From Verrucomicrobiota bacterium (GTDB taxonomy: Bacteria > Verrucomicrobiota > Verrucomicrobiia > Limisphaerales > CANJSG01), in assembly GCA_038209745.1 (NCBI GenBank), contig JBBQXJ010000004.1, positions 1 through 64,000 of the forward strand: a stretch of DNA of 64,000 bases, written 5' to 3'. The notes under the pieces were generated by a model. It was not told the DNA's origin. It worked only from the letters and a program-made list of their open reading frames with translations, and searched no databases. The position numbers were made by a program, and so were the translations under genes. Shown here piece by piece: positions 50,321 through 59,600 of this stretch (position 1 is its first letter; each line of letters begins with the position of its first letter).

Positions 50321-50394
50321 AAAAAGGGCAGGCGATCGGCCTGCCCTTTCGATTTTCCAAAAGCAAAAGGGCGCGGCCCAAGCCGCGCCCTTCG
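50321..50394. terminator. Pair of terminator hairpins between convergent genes
   Basis: AAAGGGCAGG...CCTGCCCTTT and AAGGGCGCGGC-CCAA-GCCGCGCCCTT. Confidence 0.75.
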
Positions 50395-50421
50395 ACTGAA
50401 ATCCTTCTCGAATGGGAACGC

Positions 50422-51456
50422 CTACGCGCCCATGCCGTCTTCGAAGCTGCCGCCGGCGACCGGGAAGCAGAGGTTGTCCTTCACGTAGCGGATGCCGTCG
50501 GCGCTGCAATAGTCGAGGTCCTTGTGGGCGCTCTCGGCCTCGACGATGAGCGGCGCGGTGTCGTGGCCCGTGAGTTCACAGTAGCGCTGGGGATAGCCAA
50601 TGGTGACCAGCAGCTCGACGTAGCGCTGCATGTTGAGATCGCCGCTCCCAAGGTCGGTGAACTGCATGGCGCGCTTGGTCCAGTTCGGCTCCATTGTCCG
50701 CAGAGGAAGGCCCCGGCGGATGACGAAGTTCTTCACATGGCAGGCGTAGACATGCTTGGCCACTTTGAGGAATCGGGTTTCCCAGTCTTCGCCTTCCCAG
50801 CAGTGCGACGGATCGGCGTTCACCTGAAGCGAAGGGTCGCCGTCGCAGAGGTCGACCAGCATGAGAAAATCATCCGCCGTGGAAGCGCCGGTGCCCGGAT
50901 GGATCTCGTGGCAAAGTTTCAGACCAAGTGAATTGGCGTGCTTGCGCAGCTTGGCGGTCTTCTTGACGAAACGTTCCTGGCCTTCCTTGAGCAGATCGAA
51001 GCCGCCGCCGCCCCAGAAACCCCACGGGTAGCCGGTGGCCATTTCCCAGCCGAACGCCACGCCCCAGAACATGGGAATGGTCTTCACGCCGAGTTCGGCG
51101 GAGAGATCCATCAGCTTCAGCAGATACTTTTCGTGCCACGCCTCGTTCTTCTCGAGCGAGAGCTTGGCGACATCGGGCGCGGTGAAAGGATGGCCGGACT
51201 TGGTGCCGGTCCAGGCGCTGGTGTGGACCCAGAACGGGCAGTGGGCGGAAATGCCGTCCAAGATCATGCCCCGGTCCTCGAACGCGGCCTTGATCTGTTT
51301 GGCTTTGCGGAACCCGCCCTTCCCGTCGTTGAGCATGTAGTTGCTCGGCTGGACTCCCGTCGCACCGGCGTTCTGGGCGTAGTCGAGGAACTGTTCCAGC
51401 GACTTTGCGCCGTGCTGCGCGCCTTCAACGCTGGGATGGTAGCAGATTTTTGCCAT
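50422..51456 (-). CDS. Sugar phosphate isomerase/epimerase (xylose isomerase-like TIM barrel)
   Basis: HEIHPG, NADPSH, HVKN, VEAE metal-ligand pattern. Confidence 0.85.
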   Translation of the reverse strand: MAKICYHPSVEGAQHGAKSLEQFLDYAQNAGATGVQPSNYMLNDGKGGFRKAKQIKAAFEDRGMILDGISAHCPFWVHTSAWTGTKSGHPFTAPDVAKLSLEKNEAWHEKYLLKLMDLSAELGVKTIPMFWGVAFGWEMATGYPWGFWGGGGFDLLKEGQERFVKKTAKLRKHANSLGLKLCHEIHPGTGASTADDFLMLVDLCDGDPSLQVNADPSHCWEGEDWETRFLKVAKHVYACHVKNFVIRRGLPLRTMEPNWTKRAMQFTDLGSGDLNMQRYVELLVTIGYPQRYCELTGHDTAPLIVEAESAHKDLDYCSADGIRYVKDNLCFPVAGGSFEDGMGA

Positions 51457-51613
51457 AATACGTCGGTGATGAAAGGGTTACGGGACGGAGAAGGATTTAG
51501 CGGCCCGCTCGCCCGAACGCAAGCACCCGATGCCTTGAAATGACCCCGCAGCTGGATTCACCGCTTGCCTCGGTCTACCGCGTCCGGTTGACTCTCCGCA
51601 CTTTCGATTTTCG

Positions 51614-53404
51614 ATGAACGCTGACCAGCTGGCCAAAGCCAAATCCCTCGGGTTTTCCGACCGCCAAATCGCCCATTTGACCGGCCAAACTGAAGACGCT
51701 GTGCGGGCCGAGCGCAAAAAACTGGGCCTTGTTCCCAGCTATCGACTCGTGGACACCTGCGCCGCCGAGTTTGAGGCCTACACGCCCTACTACTACTCGA
51801 CCTATGATCGCGGCGACGACGAGGTCACCAAGACGCCCAAGAAGAAGGTCATGATCCTCGGCGGCGGCCCCAACCGGATCGGCCAGGGCATCGAGTTCGA
51901 CTATTGCTGCGTCCACGCCGCCTTTGCCCTGAAGGAAGACGGCTTCGAGACCATCATGGTCAACTCGAACCCCGAGACCGTTTCGACCGACTACGACACC
52001 TCGGACAAGCTCTTCTTCGAGCCGCTCACCCTGGAAGACGTCCTCCACATCTACGAGCGCGAAGGCTGCTGGGGTGCGATCGCCCAGTTCGGTGGCCAGA
52101 CACCGCTGAACCTCGCCCTCGGCCTCCAGCAAAACGGCGTCAACATCATCGGCACCACGCCCCAGAGCATCGAGATCGCCGAGGACCGGAAGCTCTTCGC
52201 CGCGATGCTCGACAAGCTGGAAATTCCCCAGCCGAAGAACGGCCTCGCCACCACCGAAGCGGAAGCCCTCGTCATCTCCAAGCGCCTCGGCTACCCGGTG
52301 CTCGTCCGGCCCAGTTTCGTGCTCGGCGGACGCGCCATGCAGATCGTCTTCAGCGACGCCGAGCTCTCGCACTACATGCGTTTCGCGGTCGAGGCCTCGC
52401 CCGAACGCCCCGTGCTGGTGGACAAGTTCCTCGAAGACGCCACCGAGGTGGACGTCGACTGCATCACCGACGTCGGCAACTTCGCCGATCCCAAGGACGG
52501 CACCATCGTCATGGGCGGCGTGTTGGAACACATCGAGTTCGCCGGCGTGCATTCCGGCGACGCTGCAATGGTGCTTCCGCCCCACACCTTGTCGAAGTCC
52601 ACCATCGACACCATCCGGGAATACACCCACGCGATGGCCCGCGAACTCAGGGTCAGCGGCCTGATGAACGTCCAATACGCGGTCAAGGACGGCATCGTCT
52701 ACGTCCTCGAAGTGAACCCCCGCGCCTCGCGCACCGTGCCCTTCGTCAGCAAGGCCATCGGCAAGCCGCTGGCCAAGCTCGCCGCCAAGGTCATGGCCGG
52801 AAAGAGCCTCAAAGAACTTGGCTTCACCGAGGAGATTTGGCCGAAATATTGGGCGGTGAAGGAAGCCGTCTTCCCGTTCAACAAGTTCCAGGGACAGGAC
52901 ATCCTCCTCTCCCCGGAGATGCGTTCAACCGGTGAAGTAATGGGCCTCGACGAGGATCTCGGCATCGCCTACGCCAAGGCCCAGATGGCCGCCGGCTGCG
53001 CGCTCCCGCTCAAGGGCAGCGTCTTCCTCAGCGTCGGCGACGCCCACAAGGGCGAGGTCGCCGCCGTGGCCAAACAGTTCGTCGATCTTGGCTTCACCCT
53101 CGTGGCCACCAACGGCACCGCCACCGTGCTCGAAGCCGCCGGCCTCCAGGTCCGCCGCATCTTGAAGCTCTCCGAAGGCCGCCCCAACGCCGTCGATCTG
53201 CTGAAGAACCGTGAGATCCAGCTCGTGATCAACACCCCCAGCGGAGCCAGCCCCCGCGCCGACGAGGTCAAGATCCGCGGCACGGCGGTTCTGACCCAGA
53301 CCCCCATCATGACCACGCTGAGCGGAGCCAAAGCCGCCGCCATGGGCATCGGCGCTCTCCTGAAGAGCGGTTGGGCCGTCCGCACGGTGCAGGAGTATCA
53401 TTAA
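51614..53404 (+). CDS. carB: Carbamoyl-phosphate synthase large subunit, C-terminal half only (part of oligomerisation domain, second ATP-grasp, MGS)
   Basis: Begins AKSLGFSDRQIA, VDTCAAEF, GGGPNRIGQGIEFDYC, RPSFVLGG, HSGD, EVNPRASRT, EMRSTGEVMG, INTP; 596 aa. Confidence 0.95.
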   Translation: MNADQLAKAKSLGFSDRQIAHLTGQTEDAVRAERKKLGLVPSYRLVDTCAAEFEAYTPYYYSTYDRGDDEVTKTPKKKVMILGGGPNRIGQGIEFDYCCVHAAFALKEDGFETIMVNSNPETVSTDYDTSDKLFFEPLTLEDVLHIYEREGCWGAIAQFGGQTPLNLALGLQQNGVNIIGTTPQSIEIAEDRKLFAAMLDKLEIPQPKNGLATTEAEALVISKRLGYPVLVRPSFVLGGRAMQIVFSDAELSHYMRFAVEASPERPVLVDKFLEDATEVDVDCITDVGNFADPKDGTIVMGGVLEHIEFAGVHSGDAAMVLPPHTLSKSTIDTIREYTHAMARELRVSGLMNVQYAVKDGIVYVLEVNPRASRTVPFVSKAIGKPLAKLAAKVMAGKSLKELGFTEEIWPKYWAVKEAVFPFNKFQGQDILLSPEMRSTGEVMGLDEDLGIAYAKAQMAAGCALPLKGSVFLSVGDAHKGEVAAVAKQFVDLGFTLVATNGTATVLEAAGLQVRRILKLSEGRPNAVDLLKNREIQLVINTPSGASPRADEVKIRGTAVLTQTPIMTTLSGAKAAAMGIGALLKSGWAVRTVQEYH

Positions 53405-53519
53405 CCCGGATGATTGGGTTTTCTTTCCATCCCCGACCGCTCTCCCTGCTGGTAATTTCGGTCTCTTTTCCAGCCGCCACGCGGTCGACATCCGTGGTTG
53501 AATGAATAATCTTCACGCC

Positions 53520-54107
53520 ATGGAAACTCTGCTGAGCCTTCTGGTGGGTCTCGGGCTGAGTGCCGCCTGCGGATTCCGCGTCTTTGTGCCCCTTCTCGTC
53601 CTGAGCATCGCCGGGTATTCCGGGCAGGTGCAGTTCGCCAAGGGCTTCGAGTGGCTGGCCAGCGAGCCAGCCCTGATCGCCTTCTCCGTAGCGACACTTC
53701 TGGAGATCGCCGGCTACTACATTCCGGTCGTGGACAACTTCCTCGACTCCATCGCCACACCCGCCGCCGTCGTGGCGGGCACGCTCGTCACCGCCTCAAT
53801 GGTGACCAACGTCAGTCCCTTCCTTCAATGGTCGCTGGCCGCCGTGGCGGGCGGCGGCATCGCCGGCGTCGTGCAGGCAACCACGGTGATCACCCGAGGC
53901 GCTTCAACGGCGTTCACCGCCGGTCTGGGCAATCCCGTTGTAGCCACGATCGAATTGGGGTCTTCAGTCGCGTCCTCCATCATGGCCTTCTTCGCCCCGG
54001 GACTCGTGTTGCTTGGGGTCTTCAGCCTGCTCGGAGTCGCCGTCTTCGTCGCCAGTCGCCGCCGGAACCGCAAGCCGGCCACGATCCCGCCGTTTCCGGT
54101 CGCTTAA
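53520..54107 (+). CDS. DUF4126 family membrane protein
   Basis: GLGLSAACGFRVFVPLL, EIAGYYIP.VDN.LD, TAGLGNPVV. Confidence 0.88.
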   Translation: METLLSLLVGLGLSAACGFRVFVPLLVLSIAGYSGQVQFAKGFEWLASEPALIAFSVATLLEIAGYYIPVVDNFLDSIATPAAVVAGTLVTASMVTNVSPFLQWSLAAVAGGGIAGVVQATTVITRGASTAFTAGLGNPVVATIELGSSVASSIMAFFAPGLVLLGVFSLLGVAVFVASRRRNRKPATIPPFPVA

Positions 54108-54125
54108 GCCTCCTGGAAAAACAGA

Positions 54126-54156
54126 AAAGGCCGGCCCGAAAGCCCTGCCCTTTTTC
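54126..54156. terminator. Probable bidirectional terminator
   Basis: AAAAGG...GAAA...CCTTTTT imperfect hairpin between convergent genes. Confidence 0.55.
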
Positions 54157-54179
54157 GTGTCCGGACCGGCTTTCTGCGG

Positions 54180-54428
54180 CTACTGCTTCTCGTATTCGCC
54201 ACTGCCGATCTTCTTCAACACGGTGAAGCCGGCCTGCTTGGCGTCGGTAATGGAGAGGGGCTTCAGTTTGGTGGGTGTGCTGAAGCCGGAGATGATCTTT
54301 TTGACCGGTTTCTTGCAGGCTGGACAGTTCGTCAACGGCGGCGCGGTCAACGGACGCCGCAAAGTGAAGCCGGTGCCGCAGGCGGCGCACTTGGCGCCGT
54401 CGCACAGTTCGTATTCGTAGATGGGCAT
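54180..54428 (-). CDS. FmdB family zinc-ribbon protein
   Basis: MPIYEY..C....C..CG..F...CPAC. Confidence 0.9.
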   Translation of the reverse strand: MPIYEYELCDGAKCAACGTGFTLRRPLTAPPLTNCPACKKPVKKIISGFSTPTKLKPLSITDAKQAGFTVLKKIGSGEYEKQ

Positions 54429-54444
54429 GGCGGGCTCCTTCGGA

Positions 54445-55449
54445 TCAGATGGCGACGCAGCTTTCGAATCCCCGTTTCAATTTCTCACCGTCGAGATCCT
54501 TGCCGATGAAGACCAGTTGGCTGCTCTTGGCTTCCCCGACGTTCCACAAGCGATCGGCGGCGGCTTCGGACATCTGCTGGACCGCTTGGAAGACGATGCG
54601 TTTGGCCGAACCCCTGATGTTCAGAACTCCTTTGCTGCGGTAGATGTTGGCTCCGAACTCGGTCAGCACATCGCTGAGCCACGCCTCGGTCTTCTTCATG
54701 TCGAGGGGTCGCTCGTCGGAAAAGTAAAAGGACCCGACCGACTCGTCGTGGCGATGATCGTGACCCGCATCTGCACTCAGGGCGGGACCATCGCTGGTCA
54801 GGGTCAAACCGGACTTCTTCGGCAGGTTCAAGGGAGCAAGAACCTCGCGGGCTTTGATGTTCAGGATCACTCCGACGTCGATCTTCGAGCGCTCGGTGCG
54901 CACGAGCTTGGCAATGGGGTTGATCCTGCGGATTCGGGCCTCGACGCGCTCCAGTTCCTCGGGAGAAACAAGGTCGGTCTTGTTCAGCAGCAGCACGTCG
55001 GCGAACCCGATCTGGGGCTTCGCTTCGGGCGTGTCCATCAGCTCCTTCTCGATGTGGCGCGCGTCCACCACGGTGACGATGCCGTCGAGCCGCACCTTGT
55101 CGCGAAGATCGGGCAGCCCAAAGGTCTGGGCGATGGGGCTCGGATCGGCCAAGCCGGTGGTCTCGATGATCAGATAGTCGAAGCGGCGGGCCTTGCCGAA
55201 GAGATTGTCGAGGCTCTTGATCAGGTCGCCCCGGACGCGGCAGCAGAGGCAGCCGTTGTTCAGTTCCACCACTTCCTCGTCCGCCCCGACCACGATCTGG
55301 TTGTCGATGGAGACGGAGCCGAATTCATTGATGATGATCGCGCACTTGAAGCCGTGGTTCTGGGTCAGGATATGGTTCAGCAGCGTCGTCTTACCGGCTC
55401 CTAGGAAGCCGGTCAGAACGGTCACTGGAACGAGGGCCTTCTGTTTCAT
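54445..55449 (-). CDS. CobW/COG0523 family G3E GTPase (metallochaperone)
   Basis: GFLGAGKTT, NEFG, GCLCC, ETTGLADP, NKTDL, short HDHRHD, CobW_C domain YRSKG...LVFIG. Confidence 0.93.
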   Translation of the reverse strand: MKQKALVPVTVLTGFLGAGKTTLLNHILTQNHGFKCAIIINEFGSVSIDNQIVVGADEEVVELNNGCLCCRVRGDLIKSLDNLFGKARRFDYLIIETTGLADPSPIAQTFGLPDLRDKVRLDGIVTVVDARHIEKELMDTPEAKPQIGFADVLLLNKTDLVSPEELERVEARIRRINPIAKLVRTERSKIDVGVILNIKAREVLAPLNLPKKSGLTLTSDGPALSADAGHDHRHDESVGSFYFSDERPLDMKKTEAWLSDVLTEFGANIYRSKGVLNIRGSAKRIVFQAVQQMSEAAADRLWNVGEAKSSQLVFIGKDLDGEKLKRGFESCVAI

Positions 55450-55533
55450 GTCCGCCGAGTCTGCCACATCTGGCATCGGGAGCAATCAGGGGAAAATTCA
55501 ATGCAAGGGGCCGAAACCAGAAGAGGATCCGCT

Positions 55534-56397
55534 CTACCGCGCCAAGGCGATCAGATACCGGCCCACTCGGTCGGCCTCCTGCTGCTGCTCCAACTGGCTG
55601 TAGATCTGGTGCAGGTTGGAACACATCCGCTGCAGCGTCCGGCGGGGGCTGACGGGTGAAAGGTAGCCATCCTGGAGCGTGTGGCCCGTTTCGGTCAGAT
55701 ACTTCACGCACTCGGCCTTGGAGAGAACCTTGCCGCGATTGAAGCAATCGATGAACAGCTCGGCCGAGGGGTCTTGGAACCGGGCGACAAAGTGGCCGGG
55801 CAAAGCGATGCCGGAGATCGGCAACCGGAGCCGGCGGGCCACCAGCATGACAATGGTGCAGAGGCTGACCGGATTGCCGGTGCGCCGGTCGATGACGCGG
55901 TTGAGGTAGCTGTTTTCCGGCTCGTAGTAGTTCTCCTCGTTGCCGCAGAAGCCCTGCTCTTCGAACATGAACTGGTTCAGCACGGCAAGGGTCTGTTCCG
56001 TCTCCGCCAGGGGATCGATCCGCTCGGCCAACTGCCGCGCGAAGTCGTCGAGGATCGCACCGTACGCCTCGACGTTTGCGTCGGGATAGCGGGTCTGGGC
56101 CAGCCTCCAGACGGCTTCGTCGAGATTGAGCTCCTCGCCGCCCTGTAGACAAAGGCCAAGAAACCTCGTATCGGCCGATTGGCGCCGCAGGGAGGTGATG
56201 ATTTCTCGGGCATTGCGGCGAAGGACCGGATCGTTGCTCAACAGGTGCGGTTTCAACCAATCGGAGGCTTCGGATCCAAGCGCGACAATCTGGGAGCGGA
56301 TGCTCCGGAACGTGTTGGGGTCGTCATCGCCCAACAGAACCAGCAGGGCCTGCCGTTGACGCTCGGGCACATCGGATTTTGAAGCGGCCTCATTCAT
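55534..56397 (-). CDS. SirB1-like (transglutaminase-like core 2) protein
   Basis: GN...YY.PENSYLNRVIDRRTGNPVSL, GIALPGHF, IDCFN.G, RMCSNL. Confidence 0.88.
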   Translation of the reverse strand: MNEAASKSDVPERQRQALLVLLGDDDPNTFRSIRSQIVALGSEASDWLKPHLLSNDPVLRRNAREIITSLRRQSADTRFLGLCLQGGEELNLDEAVWRLAQTRYPDANVEAYGAILDDFARQLAERIDPLAETEQTLAVLNQFMFEEQGFCGNEENYYEPENSYLNRVIDRRTGNPVSLCTIVMLVARRLRLPISGIALPGHFVARFQDPSAELFIDCFNRGKVLSKAECVKYLTETGHTLQDGYLSPVSPRRTLQRMCSNLHQIYSQLEQQQEADRVGRYLIALAR

Positions 56398-56611
56398 CCG
56401 CCCTCGACATTGCGCCAACAACGCTCGCGCGCAACTGTGCGTTTGGAAGACCGGACGGTTTCCGCTCCGAGTCGCGATCGATCCGGAGATCCGGCGGTGG
56501 TTCATTTTTTTCATGATGGATGCGGGGCAACTTTCAGGTCCGGGAGGTCAATTTCCTTTTGCAGCAAACCACAAAGTGCCCTCACATTTACCAGCTGTGA
56601 ATTTGCGTAAG

Positions 56612-59600
56612 ATGAACACGACTTACCCGAACCTCCCCGGATCCCTGTATCGGCCCGAGTTCGAACACGACGCCTGCGGTGTCGGCTTTATCGCCAACAC
56701 CACCGGCAAGAAAGAATTCCGGATCCTCGAGTATGCGATCCAGGCCCTGTGCAACTTGGCCCATCGCGGCGCCTTGGACGCGGACGCGAAGACAGGGGAC
56801 GGCGCGGGGGTCATGACCCAGATCCCCCATGCCCTGTTCCGCCGTGAGGTGGAAAAGCTGGGTGGCAATCTCGGCGAGGATTCCGATTTGGCGATCGGCG
56901 TGGTCTTCCTGCCCCGGGACAACAAATACCAGGCCAGCGTCGCCCAGGCGATCATCGACGACGCCTGCGCCAAGTTCGGCATCCACGTCTTCGGTTGGAG
57001 GCCCGTTCCGGTCAATCCGCGCAGTCTCGGAGACAAGGCCAAGGACACCATGCCGGATGTCCAGCAGATCTTGATGGGGCGAACCCAGGGCTGGAGCGAA
57101 ATCGAATTCGAACGGAAGCTCTATCTCGCCCGCAAGACAGCGGAACGGCGGGCCCGCGAAGAAAAGGTGGAAGGCTTCTACATCCCTTCCTTCTCCTCCC
57201 GCACCATCGTCTACAAAGGGCTCTTCAACGCCCCGCAGCTACAGAAGTTCTACACCGACCTGAAGGATCCGCTGTTCACCACCGCTCTGGCGGTCTACCA
57301 CCAGCGGTATTCCACGAACACGTTCCCGAACTGGCAGTTGTCCCATCCGTTTCGGGTGCTCGCCCACAACGGCGAGATCAACACGCTCATGGGGAACAAG
57401 AACTGGACCGCCGCGCGCGAACGCGAACTGGTCTCGGAGATCTGGGGCGATCAAATCGACCTGATCAAACCGATCATCGAACCGGAAGGCTCCGATTCCG
57501 CCGCCTTGGACAACGCGCTGGAACTGCTCCAGTTGAGCGGCCGCGACATTCTCCACAGCATCATGATGCTCACGCCGGAAGCGTGGGAGAACACGGCCGA
57601 CCTGGATCCCAAGCTGCGCGGCTTCTACCAATACCATTCCGCCCTCAACGAACCCTGGGACGGGCCCGCCGCCGTCGTCTTCTCCGACGGCAAGATCGTC
57701 GGAGCCACGCTCGACCGCAACGGTCTGCGGCCCGCGCGCTACAAGATCTACGAAGACGGGCTCCTCGTCATGGGCTCAGAAGTCGGGGTCGTCCAACTCG
57801 ACGACAAAAAGGTCGTCCGCAAGGGCCGCCTCGGCCCCGGAAAGATCCTCGCGATCGACACGGAAAAGGGAGTCTTCATGGACAACGACGAGGTCAAGAC
57901 CCTCGTCGCCTCGAAGCAGCCCTACGACGAATGGTGCGCCAAGCACCTCTTCTCGCTGAGCGACCACGCCAAATCGTTCACAACCGAGGCCGCCCAGGTC
58001 AACCTGCTCGACTTCACCCTCCAGCAGATCGTCTTCGGCTGGGACAACGAACAGCTCCGCGAGGTCCTGAAACCCATGGCGACCGCCGCCGCCGAGCCGA
58101 TCGGTTCGATGGGCGACGACACCCCGTTGGCGGTGCTCTCGAAGCGCCCACGCCTGCTGTTCGACTACTTCAAGCAGATGTTCGCGCAGGTCACGAACCC
58201 GCCGATCGATTCCATCCGCGAGAAGATCGTCATGTCCGTGAGCACGGTGATGGGCCAGCGCAAGTCGTGGCTCACCGAGACCCCCGAACATATCCGGCTG
58301 ATCAAGCTCGATTCGCCGTTCATGTTCGACCATGAGCTCGCGGCGCTCCGCCAGATCCCCAACCCCGAATTCAACAGCGAAACCATCTTCTGCCATTTCG
58401 ACGCCCAGAAGGGTCCGGACGACATGGCGGCCGCGCTGAAGGCCATCTGCGACGCCGCCTCCAAGGCCGTCTCGGCGGGGCATACCACCATCATCCTCTC
58501 CGACCGTGGCGTGGATGCCCAGAAGGTCCCCATCCCGATGTTGCTCGCCGTCGGCGCGGTCCATCACCACCTCATCCGCGAAGGCCGCCGCCTCAGCATG
58601 TCCATCGTCTGCGAAAGCGGCGAAGCCCGTGACGTCCATCACTTCGCCCTCCTCCTCGGCTTTGGCGCCAGCGCGGTGAATCCCTACGTCGCCGTCGACT
58701 CGATCCGGCAGGCCGTCGAAGCCGGCGACTACGGATCCGACATCACGTTGACCAAGGCGGTCGCGAACTTCCGCAAAGCGATCGAGAGCGGGATGTTGAA
58801 GGTCATGGGCAAGATGGGCATCTCCACCCTGTCCAGCTATCGCGGCGCCCAGATCTTCGAGGCCATCGGCGTGTCCCAGGACGTCATCGACCAGTGCTTC
58901 TGCGGCACCGTTTCCCAGGTGGGCGGCGTCACCCTCGACCTCATCGCCCAGGACGCCATCCGGAGGCACGCGGGCGCCTACTCGGCACCGGAGAACGCCG
59001 CGCTCGACGAAGGCGGCTGTTACAAGGTCGCCCGCGGTGGACGCGGTGAATTCCACGCCTTCAATCCCCAGGTCATCCTCACCATGCACCGCTTCCTCAA
59101 GAGCGGCGGCAAGCGCGAGGACTACCTCAAATACATGGACACGGTGAACAAGCGCGACCCCGTCAGCCCACGCGACCTGCTCACCTTCGTTACCTCCGGG
59201 ACACCGGTTCCGATCGACGAGGTGGAGCCCATCGAGGACATCCGCCGCCGCTTCACCACTGCCGGCATGTCCCTCGGCGCGCTCTCTCCCGAAGCCCACG
59301 AGTGCCTCGCCCTCGCGATGAACTCCATCGGCGGCAAGTCCAACTCGGGCGAAGGGGGTGAAGACCCCGCCCGCTTGAACACCGAACGGAACTCCGCGAT
59401 CAAACAGATCGCCTCCGGCCGATTCGGCGTCACCCCCGCCTACTTGGCGAGCGCACAGGAAATCGAGATCAAGATGGCCCAGGGAGCAAAGCCCGGCGAA
59501 GGCGGCCAGCTCCCCGGACACAAGGTCAGCCCGATGATCGCCAAGCTCCGCTACAGCGTGCCCGGCGTGCCCCTCATCTCGCCGCCGCCGCATCACGACA

